In this document: in pieces, positions 37,535-50,695 of the stretch | Layout: each line of letters opens with the position of its first letter | Position numbering within the stretch: the first letter of the stretch is position 1 | NCBI GenBank assembly: GCA_040954595.2 | Contig: CM082585.2 | Span: forward strand, 4,799,358 to 4,863,357 | DNA length: 64,000 nt | Source of the DNA: Balanoglossus misakiensis | Taxonomy: Eukaryota > Animalia > Hemichordata | Direction: 5' to 3' | Notes under the pieces: generated by a model | What the model was told of the DNA's origin: nothing | Databases searched by the model: none | What the model saw: the letters and a program-made list of their open reading frames with translations, nothing else | Program-made: the position numbers and the translations under genes

Positions 37535-38915
37535 ACTTGGTAGCTACAAACAAATTTGTTTACTGTACATTGTGTATTTTTATTGAGGCTGCGGCTCTTG
37601 TGGTATCATTTCTCGATATTTCTGTGAGATTTTTTTATGTATATGATTTGACTGTCCTTGTAAATTCCAGGTTATGTTCTCGTGTTTCAATGATTGCATC
37701 GATATCTCATCTGTCAATGACAACAGTTTTATCACATAGTATTAGTTAGTAATATTTTTTGAGAATCTGTCATCACTGATTACATCTGATCTGATAGCTG
37801 ATATATTTTACATAAAAGATGATTGATATAAATAATTTTTTTTAGAAATCTATTTTGTCAATCGAAGATATTGATATCCTGACTTTATTGTTATCAGGAA
37901 AGGTGCTATCACAAATTGAACTTGATTCAGATTAGCCTTTTAGAACTGCTTTTTATAAAGTTGCCTTTTTTATTATTATTTTTCTATGTAATAGGTTTTG
38001 CTGTGCAATATTGTGAAAGAGGCTGTGAAACTTATTGAGAATAAAATTTGCATCAAAACAGAATCATTTGTTGGTGGTTCAGCAATGGAATGTAAAAAGT
38101 GAAATAAACAACTAGTTTTGTTATTCTATGTTTGGCTTTGTGTGTTTTAGTTTAAGTGGTATGGTGATCAGACAAGCTGTATGTTAAATGTGTGATGGTG
38201 ACAATTATTTTGGGGGGCAATGAACACTGACAAGAAACTATAGATTACAATTTCCATAGAAAGTTTTCATTATTTACACTGGCACATACTTACATAGCTT
38301 CTGCTATATTGTGCAAATTTCTCTAAAGAATTTATACTCACCATTTTATAACGTGAAGAAATTGTTGAGTTGATAACTTGATATACCGGTATACAGTACA
38401 AACACAAATTTATAAAATATAGAGAGATATACGAGGCTTGTTTGGTTGCATAGGTCAGAAAATATGTCTTTTTGTATATGGTACTTTATTACATTGGTTC
38501 CCTTGGGTTTATAGTAAAGTTTCATTGCCTGAAGGGTAGGGGGTGTGTTATCCTCTGTTGAAATGCTCAATGGAGAGGGGGCATCACTGTGTTTGTAGTG
38601 TCAGCATGTGTACAAATCAAATGTTGTAATACTAGTCAACAATTTATCAAAATGCATCCAGCCATGAGTGATTATTTCCCACCACCATATAACTTTTTAG
38701 AACTTGAACTGTTTCAAGTTCTAAAGAGGACAAAGCACATGCTTACCTCTCTCTGTATTACTAAATAGTCATGCATAAAAAGAACTGTGCATTCCATTAC
38801 ATATCATCACACTGTACATTTTGAGCCATGAAGAAGCCTAATGTATAACAAAGGTTTTTTTTTTAATTACCCCATAGTTTGGTTATGGGAAAGTGCCTTT
38901 CCAAGGATTTTCTAA

Positions 38916-39719
38916 GGCTGCATTCACAAACACCTCTGGAGGGGGGGGGCGGGAGAATTCAATTTTTTTTACCGCTAATTTTCACATGCCCCCCTTCCGA
39001 ACTGCCAATATTTTCAAATACCCCCCTTCCGAACTGCCAAAATTTTGAAATCCCCCCCCCTCCCATTTTCTTTCACAGAGCAAAACACATCACCTATCTA
39101 TCTTGTAAAAAGAAAAACAGCGCTCCCATGAAAAGAATTTGAAACTGATGTTTCCCCTCATCAGTGGGTATTAAAACTGCACATTGTTTTTATTTTTTAA
39201 GTACATATATTTGTATTCTGTGTTGAGAGACATTGTAAACCGAGAATTGAAGGGGGTGGGTTTGGGAGGGGGTGTCCCCCTCCCACGTAAGAAAATTTTC
39301 TAAAATACAGAGCTCAAAGCTGCATTTTAATGAACCCGCCAAACGCAAATTAACTCAACTACCGGTATGTTGGGGAGGACAACTTTAACCGTCGCCGCTC
39401 AAAGTTATCATGGGGTGGGGCAAGTCCCCTGACCTGGGACACTAGATAAACCAGTCAATGATTGAAAGGTGTTGATGAATGGAGGGGGTGGGTGTGGGAG
39501 GGGGTGTCCCCCTCCCACATTAGAAAATTTTGTAAAATAAAGGGCGCGAAACTGCATTTTTGTGGACTCAAAATAAATATTTAGTCGTTAAAGTTTTCAA
39601 GTCCCCCCCTTTCAGTCCCTAAATTATTTCAAATCCCCCCCCTTACATACCCTCAATTTTTTCAAATCCCCCCCTCAATTCTCCTGCCCCCCCCTCCAGA
39701 GGTGTTTGTGAATGCAGCC
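38916..39719. mobile_element. 804-bp PIF/Harbinger-like MITE between the two sialidase genes
   Basis: TAA|ggctgcattcacaaacacctctggagggggggg ... cccccccctccagaggtgtttgtgaatgcagcc|TAA. TIRs of ~33 bp, 3-bp TAA target-site duplication, internal G/C-run direct repeats. Confidence 0.85.
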
Positions 39720-40075
39720 TAATAGAGCAACGGATAATTGCATAACAATGCAGCGTTTTTAAATGAGTTTCTAATTGCAGCTTTTCTATAAAAAAAAGTT
39801 TTTTCAACTTTCTCACAAGTTTCATTATGGTTAGACCCTTTAGCTTTGGACCGTGCGATGCAAAGTTTCTAATTGAAGCTCAGGTTAACATGTTTTTCAA
39901 ATTTTATTCTACATAACCACATAAATTATGACAATTCCTTTCGCTGTCTCCATGGCAACAGTGGACGATAACAAAGGGGGCGCGGCGGTCACGAGATAGT
40001 CACCTGTTGAGCTATTGAGTAGTGCGCAGGCGCACAGTACAAGGAAGTCACCTGACTACTTAATCTCAGCAAAAC

Positions 40076-42272
40076 ATGGCTACCTCCATCGCTACACCGG
40101 TTTCTTTTACCGTTTCGTTATTATTAACTCTGTTAGTAACATTGGCGTCGTCCCTCTCTCCGAAAGTAGTCACCGAGAATATTCTGTGGCAGGCGAATGA
40201 GGAGGGCTTCAAATATTTCCGTTCGCCCATCACGATCAAAGTTCCCAATGGCGACATCCTGGCGTTTACCGGTGCCCACAAATCCGGCGTCAGCGATATA
40301 AACGCAAAGGGGTTGGCGATGCGCCGATCCACGGACACCGGGTTTTCATGGAAACCCATGGACATTATCATCGAAGATTTAACCGTTGAAGAAGGGTATC
40401 TGAATTTTGGAGCGGCAATGGTTGATCTGGAGACTAACGTAACAATGTTTCTGTATTGCTACTGTCCGCACAGAGAATGCGGACCGGATATACTACCCGC
40501 TAACTTCGTAATGAGGAGCAACGACTTTGGATACAGTTGGTCCAAACCAGAGGACTTGTCCGTGAAAAATCCTGCATTTAAAAATTGGACGTGGTGCCCA
40601 GGACCTGGATACGGAATCCAGAAGCGCATCGCTCCCGCTAAAGGCAGATTGGTTGTATGTGGTCATACAGTTGACAGAAACAAACAGGCGTCAGAAATAT
40701 TAACCACTGTCTACAGCGATGGTAATTGGCCTGCCTTTCTGTACATTTAATCGTAGATTCGTAGCATGGAGGTCCATGATCGTAGACAGCAGAGCTCTAC
40801 TAGCTATCATTTAATGTGTGTTTCCGACTCGTGTATATGTATTTGTGTAAATCATTCCTAAAAGGAGAAAAGGGCGTTGCCCCCTTTCTTTAAATTCAAC
40901 TGGCCACGTCACGTGACTAATGCACTTTCTGTTTTATGTCATTGAAGTAGATTTGCTTTGTCAACACAAAATGTAGATACAGTGCAACAGTTATTGCTTT
41001 TATTGACAACTCAAATTTAGGACTTCAATTTATTTATTATTAGCTCTAGTCTACTTGGATATACTTGAAACCACAGGCCCAAGAATCACACTGACTCGAC
41101 TGTAGCCTGATTCAACATTATTACATGTTGAACCAGGCTATAGTCAGTGTGATTCCTGCGCCTGTGCTTGAAACGACACAATAGTCAACATTATAGTGTA
41201 AATTTCAGCTAATACACAGAGTAAAACATTGCAGAGTCGACCTGCCAACATCTGTGCCAGCATTGTCATTGAGGACGTAAGCAGTTGTTGCATGTCTGTA
41301 TGACAATGACAGTATTAGAATGATTTGTCTAAACTTGGTCTTTCATTTGCCCAGATCATGGAAACACATGGAAGATAGGTGAACCGCTCGTTGGTTTACC
41401 ATACAATGTACCAAAGAATGTCGGAGATTTTATGCCTGATGAGTCTCAGGTGAGTATGTGATCTACGAGTATTCTGTGAGATAGCATATGTAGGTTGTTT
41501 GCACTTGGGCAATCATAGGAGAGAATTTTACATTTTAAAGGGACAGTGAGTGAGTGACTATAAATTTTGATCATATGTTCAGTATTTCTATCTTATGTAT
41601 CCACTACACAATGCTACAGTTTTTTGCTCTGCTCCGTTCAATGTATTGACAATGCTCAGTATACTAATCTTGTTATCATATTCTGTGTACGTATAACCAG
41701 ACTGAAATTCAGTTGTCAGCATTGAGCAATACTTCCCTGAGGAGCATTGAAAGTAGTTTTCGAATGTGTCCCAAGATTTGCAGTTATATTACACTGTTGA
41801 CTTTATAAAAGACAGCATTCTTGAATTACAAAATTGTATTCAAAATAATTTGATTTTTTCCCCTTTCCAGATTGTTGAACTTCCTGATGGGGCAATTCTC
41901 ATGAACTCGCGGAACCAGTACCGCTTCCACTGTTCATGCCGGATTATTTCCCGGAGTTTCGATGGAGGTGTATCATTCCCAATGTTGAATGTGTCCCTGG
42001 ACACAACTCTGATAGACCCAGTCTGTGATGGCAGTGTTATCATTCACAACGGAATCATGTTCTTCTCAAATCCTGCCACCACCAAGGGGCGCGAAAACAT
42101 GACCGTCCGATGGAGTCTGAACTATGGTGCATCGTGGGAAGGCAGCGTTACCGTGTACCCAGGCGGCAGTGAATATTCAACTTTGACCCCAATCAATGAT
42201 AACCACATTGGTTTGCTTTTTGAAAAGGATGGCTACAAAGAAATATCATTTGTAAGAATTCAAATCCATTGA
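40076..42272 (+). CDS. NEU1: NEU1-like sialidase (GH33), copy 2 (380 aa)
   Basis: Exons: 40076-40721, 41355-41449, 41871-42272. Same structure as copy 1. Motifs: FRSP, Asp-boxes, PDESQ, NSRNQ, GRENMT, EYSTL. Confidence 0.93.
41075..41166. repeat. ~90-bp inverted repeat/hairpin in sialidase 2 intron 1
   Basis: cagg.cca.gaatcacactgact..gactgtagcctgattcaacat - loop - atgttgaaccaggctatagtcagtgtgattc.tgcgcctg. Confidence 0.7.
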
Positions 42273-44386
42273 AATAATCCATTTTGTTTCAAGGCCAAAT
42301 TTTATAATCAATGAGTTTTCTGATATGAGTTTCTTTAAACAATTTGTCATGCAATTCAACTCGTACGATTGTCATGTGCATTGAATATTTACCTTGTTAC
42401 TGGTTTCAACAAAAAACAGTTAACCCTTTCACCACTATGGTTCAGTCCAAACCAATTGTTTTCTATGGTACAGTTGGACCTCTAAAGAGCGAACTAGGCG
42501 TGAAAGGGTTACTACATGTCTGTACCTTACAGTCTATCACAACATGTGTAACCAAATTTACATTTTATCAGGACATTTGAAATTTCATACATGTCCTTCT
42601 AATGTTATAGCACATTGATATGTTTTAATTTTCTTATTCATATTATTAAAAATACCAGACAGAGAAATTTTAATTGTGATAAATGTACATATGTTTTTAT
42701 CAGAAATACAGATATGGTACATTGTTGCTTGATACTGAAAATACAAAAAATATTGAATGTGTCTGTTTTTAAATGATAATTTAAAATTGTGAAGTAACAG
42801 GAACTGGTGGAGGCTGATGGGATATTTTTAGATTTATGCTCAGGGGAAAGGGAAATGTTTAAGGACATCAAGAATCAAAAGTGACTTCGAAAATAAATTT
42901 GTTTCTCTTATTTTGTGTAAAGTTTCTTTGTCGGTTGTTATTTTTGTCTCATATGAAGCTGACTTGTGTTTTTTTTTACTTGCTGAGCATGAGATATGCT
43001 TCACGCATAACTACTACAGGCCCATGTTTTTATAGTTGTTATAAGAGAATGCTTAAGTTTTGATTCTACACCAAAAAGAGTGCTTATTTTAATGGCAATA
43101 GGTTTTTTCATTCCTGTTACTGTTACTGTTAAAAAGGTGTTGTTTTTTTACATTTTACTGTTACATTTTTTGTATTCTGTAAAATTTGAATAATTTTCGA
43201 ATAAATTTTAATTAAATTTGTCATAAACTTTCCAGTTAAATTTTTTTGTTGGTGTGTTATCTGGAAGAAATAATATAATTTGTAAATGTTTCTTATGTTT
43301 CATAATATAGTTGAGATGTTGAACACTGAAGATGATTAAATTGAGGTACATTTTTAATTGATAAGGATGTACCATCATTAATTTTGTATGCTGGGCCATG
43401 GTGCGAGAATACAGAGATCGAATTGTACTGAAAGCAATAAATATTAAATTGTGGGAAAAGGTGCTAAATTCTGAATTTATTAATTTTCACGGCATGTCCA
43501 CAGAAATGTTCACAGTAGTTGAGGACACCTGTTGATATGTTTAAAGCCTCTAGAGCTGCCACTTTTTGCATTTTTTTCATGAATTTATTTTCCTCCTTAA
43601 ATTGGTCCATAAGCTTACTGAAAGGTATACATGAACACCTACCTTATGCCCGCACTGAATTAATCAGCCTCCATACAAACAGTACGCAGCTGTTGTGGTA
43701 TGTTGCCAAGAGATTACAAACCAATGCAAATGCAAGTAATATCTCTTAATGATAAGGATTTTAGAGGAAAGGGAATATATATATGAAGAATTTTACTGTG
43801 GGAAAAAAAATATGTGAAATTTGGCAGCTATAGGGGCTCTAATTCAACACACACAAAATTCTTACAAGTTTATATACAAACGAGCTTCTCGGCCTTGTCC
43901 TTATCTTTCATAACCTGTCCACCCCTATTTCTCTGTAGAGAGGTCCAACGATGGCATTGAAAACAACGGGGTTGGGCCAAACCACGGTGATGAAAAGGTT
44001 AATGCTTTTTCATTTTTTCCTTTTAATGTATTTTTCTCCATCTCTTCTTGACATGGCCGTTTATTTCCTTGCGATGTAATGTATTAATTTAGACTGTTTT
44101 TTTCTACATATGTCACAAGAAATACCAGTCCTGTTTTAATCTACTGTAACCGCATCGCGTCCATATTTTACTGGGAGATGAAATGTACAAGCACAAAATA
44201 GCTATGTGAATATTTTTATTGCAGTAAGTATTAATGGACAGATCGAATGTCCCGCGATGATACCAAAATAGTTTAATTGCAACTGGTTTGTATCATCAGC
44301 ACATGAGTAGGATAACAAGTCGAGCTGTTGTACATAGTCAAGACAAATTTCTCCTGAATTGTGTGCTCGTTTTTGATGAATAGACT

Positions 44387-46096
44387 ATGGTGAGTATTTT
44401 ACTACAGTAAAATGGGAGTCCCCACGTCCGTATGAGGTATTGTGCACCTCAAAATTCAGTCTCAAACTTTTCTCTCAGATATGACCGAAAGGCAACTTTG
44501 GGTTATTATCTCTTAACATTGAGAAAAAAAATAGGGGTCACCATGCACAATTTATTTGAATAAGTTTATGCCAGCACTGAAAAAATGGTGGTGAGTTTCA
44601 TGATTGTGCGTTACTAATTTATACACTTTGACCGCCTTTTGTCCATATCTGGTATATCTCAGGCTCCGATTCTGCGAACTCCTGTAATAACGACCGTCAC
44701 ATTAGTTATCATGCTGTCATTGTATGTGAGTGGCATCCCAACGCAGGAGGAGAATTTCCCTTGCGAAAAATGCACCATCGTTATTGACGCAGACGACGGT
44801 GTGAGTTACGAAGACTGCGTTTTGACTGAAAACTGTCCTCCAGAGCTGATTGCAAAAGTCAGTGACGTCGAAGAGGGTCTTGTGGAGGAAAGCAGTCGAC
44901 GTTCGATATCAATCGCCTTGCGTTTCCAAAATGACACTCACTATGTAGGTATTGGATTGTCAGGTCAACGCAACTTTGAAAGCGTCAATGAGGTAGGTCA
45001 AGTAAAACGTTGCCCACATCTTTCACAAGTTCACATTTAGACAATCGTAATTTCATTGGACTCCCATATGGAGTAAAGTAAGTTGGCCTAATCACAGTCC
45101 TGTGGCCTAATCATCAACTGGCGACTTCATTAAAATGTGTATTTTGATTGTTTCAAGTGTACATGTATAGTCTATGCTACAAAGATATAAGAAATTGTAA
45201 TGATTTTATCAACACATTTTTATACCATTAAATACAGGGTATTGGAGCTGGCAGTGACTTGATTTCCGCGTGTGCAAATTGCAACGTGATAGGGTATGCT
45301 AACGGACTGGCGTTTTGGGATTGTCAGGTAATAATTGCTGTATATGTGCTATGCGTGTCATTGAATGAAAACTTTTATTCAGTATATTCAGAGATAGTCA
45401 TTGAATATGTGTACATTTATTTTCTGAGAAAAAGCTGGATTGATGTTTTTCAAACGTGTCAAATTTTCTTGACGTGTGGTGTTGTTGCATAACATGTAGA
45501 ACAAAATGTGTAACTTGTGATAGCCTATCCTCGAAAAGAATTTCTACCATGTATCCATGAAACTCGAAGTTCACAACTTTATAAAAGTGTTATTGATTTT
45601 AAACTGTTTTTTGTTTTTGCAAGCGCTTGACTTTGGCAAACGACTTTAACATTGGCGGTTTTAATAATGCAAAAGCAAGCACAGTAAATCTGAATGAAAC
45701 ATTTTGATGCGCCCATTCTCATCATAGTATTATTTATACAACGATTTTGTTTCATCAATGAATTTCTACGGTTAACTATAATATTACAATAATGCTTAAT
45801 AAAAGACAAAACGCGTGTTTAGATTATAATTGGCGAAGAATGCGTTCAGACATCACTCAGTTGTGAATTTGATAGACTGTCCCCCCTAATTTTCCCCATA
45901 AACATAACTGAAGCGTGTACCATTTTCTTTTCTTTAGAATTCTGAGTGTCATGAAGCGTTCAAACGTCCTTTTTCCTGGGTTCCAGTGAAAGCAGGCACA
46001 ACTTCTACAACTGGCCACTGCGTGGATGAAGTCCCTCGTCTCGGCAAGATCGTGTTCTATTGTGATACATACTACATACCACAACTTGATCTATAA
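44387..46096 (+). CDS. Unknown secreted 10-Cys protein, array copy A (193 aa, most divergent)
   Basis: Exons: 44387-44389 (ATG|gtgagt), 44663-44992, 45238-45327, 45938-46096; all phase 0. Protein: MAPILRTPVITTVTLVIMLSLYVSG-IPTQEENFPCEKC...DCVLTENCP...ACANCN...FWDCQNSECHEAFKRPFSWVP...GHCVDEVPRLGKIVFYCDTYYIPQLDL*. Confidence 0.8.
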
Positions 46097-47361
46097 TCTC
46101 GATATTTTTTTGGAAAATAATCCGAAAATAATAAAACAGATGGATATAATCTTTTCTTTGTCTTGTAAATGTCTGTTAATGGTTAGAAATCAGCTATTGA
46201 ACTTTGAATGTAATTCAGAACTGCCAGAATATAGTTTTAATGAACTATATTGCAAAAAAAAAAATCAAACGCTAATTGAACCAACCAACTAATCAACCAA
46301 CATACAGAGATAAAGACTGCAATGAAACCACAGACACCATAAGCTTAATTCAAGAATTGCGATGTCGTAGTTAAGGCACAGACCACAGTTTGTATACATG
46401 AAATATACTTGCGTTGAGATTTGGATATATGATAGAAAAACTTTTTTTTTAAATTTCGACAAATGTAGCTACAGTCCCATTTTCTACATTGTCCAGCCCC
46501 TCCTACCCGACTTTACTTTTTTTTTTAATTTAGTAATACCAATGGCAAAAGATGAGTACAACCATAAAAATACGACAATTAAAATATCCTGACTGAAGGT
46601 ATCTTTAAATTGCAACAAGATGGCGATAAGGTGGCTATTTAAATTTCACCGGTTCATATTTTTCCAATTATGGACGCTGCTTACTTTGATACAGTGGGCA
46701 TTGATTATAATATGCTTGGTCGGAATCTAGGCCTGGTCGAGAAGACCTTGACCCTCAAAAAAACCTTTGTCCATTTACAGGTGGATGCAGCTCAGATGTG
46801 GTCAAAACGGATTCGTTGTTTACAGGGAAACAGGCCTCTGTTGGCTATAGATTCCAGCAACTCTTCATCAGGCTCCATATATTCTAATTAGAAGCCACAG
46901 TAGCGATCCCAACTCGACGCTGGCAGAAAATCCAGTACAAATGACTCAAAGTAGTGCCATCCGGTCACATGTCCCCGAGCCCAACAACCAAGACTAAAAA
47001 TATCACAAACAGAATCCACTACCGTAACAGAAATGAAGTCAACAGTGAAAACATTGGGCCATGGTGTATTTTCCTTATAAGTTGTTTTTCGTTTTTCGTG
47101 ATTTTCTTTTGTTCTCAGCTATTTTAGTAACTGTGTTGCTTTGGGCTTGCGTGATTTCCGCTTTTTTCGTTTTTGTGAAAACGGAAGCCTGTTTAAATCT
47201 ATGTAGACCTAGATACCACGTGTTCACATTTTACATAAAAAAATATTTTATTTCTCACACAAAATATGGGTAGTTTTTTTTACACATAAATAAAGAATGA
47301 GGTTGAACGCTTTTATAGAATATATTCATCGACACAGAAATAGCTTAATGGATTCAGTCTG

Positions 47362-47368
47362 TATATAA
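47362..47368 (+). promoter_or_regulatory. TATA-like box (TATATAA) conserved ~90 bp upstream of the ATG in copies B-E
   Basis: ggattcagtctgTATATAAtat lies at the same distance before each ATG|gtgagt (also at ~50604, ~53985, ~58029). Confidence 0.5.
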
Positions 47369-47453
47369 TATCTAACAAAACGAGTCGAGCAGTAATACAT
47401 ATCCACGACGAAACTTGCTGTTGAGCTGTGCACTCGTTTTTGATGCATACACG

Positions 47454-49137
47454 ATGGTGAGTATGCATTTGGACAATTGTTCACAAGATATTTATTGCCA
47501 ACCTTGAAGACCGGTATAACATTCCATGTGGAAATGTCTAACAATTTGCTCCGGTCGGGTAACCCTATTAGAACTGTTGCCTAAATGTCTTTCTAATCTG
47601 CACATTTTGAACATCTTATGTTCATATCTGGTCTATCTAAGGCTCCAATTCGGCGATTTCTTGTAATAACGGCAGTAGTCATCATGATGTCATTGTATGT
47701 TAACGGCATCCCATCACAGGAGGAGGGGAACGATGAGAACCTCACTTGCGAAACATGCGATGTCGTCATTGACACCGACGACGGTGTTGGATACGAAGAC
47801 TGTGTGTTATCAAATCACTGTCCATCAGACCTGATTGCGAAAGTCCATGACATCAAAGATGGTCTGATAGAGGAAAAGAGTCGAGCTTCGTCATCATTCG
47901 CCTTATCTTTTCACAATGTCACCCACTATTTAGGTCATGTATTATCAAACCAGCGCAACTATGAAAACATCAATCAGGTAAGATTGCAAGCTTACGCCAG
48001 TACCGATTTCTTTATCACGGTGGACTAACCTTTTTACCACAATGGTCCAGTCCCAATGCATTGTTTTCTGCGGTACGGTTGGACCTCTGAAGAGGGAACT
48101 GGGGTGAAAGGGTTAAGGAATGTCAGATTCTCCAGCCTAAGGAGTTGGGTCATCCTGTTTATGAAGCAGCCACCTCCAGACCACCTCAAATTTTTATACC
48201 AATGGTTCATTGTGTTCTATGATATCCGTGTATCACGCTACCAATAGGACCATCCTGCATAATGTGTGAAATACCCTCGGATTAACATATCGAAAAGAGT
48301 ATCTAAATTCCAGGCATGTCATATTATAGGCAGTCATTCAGTAAATAGAAAATCGACTCCCAATGTTTTATAGATTTACGCGTACAGTTTTGTGTAGGGC
48401 AGTGTTCTTCTCATGAATTTCTGATATATTGGCTTATTAACATTATTCTTCATATTTTGTTATTATATTGATGACTTTGTAATTGCTCTATTGAGAACAC
48501 TTGGGGGAGGTTCACTGTCTTTTGAGATTTTCCAGGGGGTGTCACCATATTTCCATTTTTTCGTGATCATTCCCTTAAACAGCTAACAGACGAGTAAGAT
48601 CTGTATTTAAGCCAGAGACTGAACATAAAAAAAAAACATCCAAATTTGCATTATATGTAGATTGCTTCAAATATATGTGCTACAAAGATGTGTGAAAATA
48701 TAGTGATTACCAACACATTTTAAATTCCATTAAATACAGGGTCTTGGAGCTGGTAGCGACTCGATCTCCCTGTGCGCCACTTGCAACTGGACAGAATATG
48801 TTAACGGACTGGTGTTTTGGGACTGTGAGGTAGGTATATTGTGAAGGTACGATTAAATTCTTGTTGTAGTATATACGTATGACTTCGTTATTGAACACAT
48901 ATACACTGGCATTGTTGGTTGTAGCATGCTTATCACATTTTCACACGTAACTAAAGAGGTACAATGTCCTTTCGTCTTTAGAATTCTGAGTGTCATGAAG
49001 CGTTCAAACGTCCCTTTTCCTGGGTTCCGATGAAAACGAACATCACTTCTACAACTAGCCACTGCGTGGATGTAGTCCCTCGTCTTGGCAGGATGACATT
49101 CTACTGTGATACATATTACATACCACAACTTGATTAA
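47454..49137 (+). CDS. Unknown secreted 10-Cys protein, array copy B (194 aa)
   Basis: Exons: 47454-47456, 47642-47977, 48740-48829, 48982-49137. Intact frame and canonical splice sites. Confidence 0.82.
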
Positions 49138-50695
49138 TAATCTCCATAAAATGGTTTCATGATAATAACCGTGGCCCATTAGTCACTCATCACTTTTCAG
49201 AGTTCACACCGTAAAAGTAAATTGCATTCAGTTTTGCTGCAATATGTAATGATTCTCTTGGAGACCAATAAAAGAAATGACGGGTATACGAATCACAGGA
49301 GTATTCCTTTGTTATGTCTGGTGCAAGATGCATGAGTATGTATGCGTTACAACCTAGACATAATTACTGTAAAGGCTTGATGCACATATGGCAGTCGATA
49401 TCAAATTTAGGTGTTTAGGCTTTGTATGTAGACTGAAAGATTCAGTCATGTGCGGCGTGGGGCCATAGATAGTGCCACAGAGCGCCCGCACACGACGGAA
49501 TCTTCTAGTTTTGCTTTATATGTTACGTGGAGTTTTGCTCTTACAGTTGTGTTGCAAACTATATTGCAAAAAAACAACAACCAAACGCTAATTGAATCAA
49601 CATACAGACATAACTGCAATGAAACCACAGACACCATAAGCTTAATTCAAGAATTACGATGTCGTAGTTAAGGTACAGACCACAGTTTGTATACATGAAA
49701 CTTACTTGCGTTGAGATTTGGATAAATGATAGAAAAACGTCTTTATAAAAGTTCGATAAATGTAGCTACAGTTCCATTTTCTAGATTGTCCAGCCCCTCC
49801 TACCCGAATTTAAAGTATATGAGGCGAAACTGATCAATTGAACCCCACAAAGACTGACCTTTGTGACATCTGTAGAGACTGTTCTAGGCGTCTTGGAACC
49901 TTTTTTTAGTGCAACAAGATAGCGATAAGGTAGCTATTTCAATTTCATCAGGTTCATTTTTTCCAATTCTGGCGTCTGCCTTTTTTGATACAGTAGGCGT
50001 TAATTATAATATGCTTGGTCGGAATCTAGGGGTGTACACCTGAACGAGAAGACACGGACCCTCCCCCCCCCCCCAAAAAAAAAAAAAAAAAAAAAAAAAA
50101 ACTTTGTCCATTTACACTTAGATGCAGCTTAGATGTTGTCAAAACGGATTCGTTGACAGGGAAACAGGCCTCTGTTGGCTATAAATTCCTATAAATTCTT
50201 CACCTGGTTCCATATTCTATTTAGAAGCCACAGTAGCGATCACAAATGACTCAAAGTAGTGCCATCCGGTCACATGTCCCCGAGCCCAACAACCAAGACT
50301 AAAAATATCACAAACAGAATCCACTACCGTAACAGAAAAGAAGTCAACATTGAAAAAAATGGGCCATGGTGTATTTTCCTTTTAAGTTGTTTTTCGTTTT
50401 TCGTGATTTTCTTTTCTTCTCAGCTATTTTAGTAACTGTGTTGCTTTGGGCTTGCGGAAATGTGTTCACATTTAACATAGAAAAATATTTTATTTCTCAC
50501 ACAAAATATGGATAGTTTTTTTTACACATAAATAAAGAATGAGGTTGAACGCTTTTATAGAATATATTCATCGACACAAAAATAGCTTAATGGATTCAGT
50601 CTGTATATAATATCTAACAAAACGAGTCGAGCAGTAATACATATCCACGACGAAACTTGCTGTTGAGCTGTGCATTCGTGTTTGGTGCATACATG

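Noticed and set aside
45938-45990. Apparent neuropeptide-like ending KR-PFPGFQ* in the last exon of the array genes
   Set aside because: That reading comes from the wrong frame. In the spliced phase-0 frame the exon reads KRPFSWVP... through to YYIPQLD, and KR is not conserved (TR in copies C and D).
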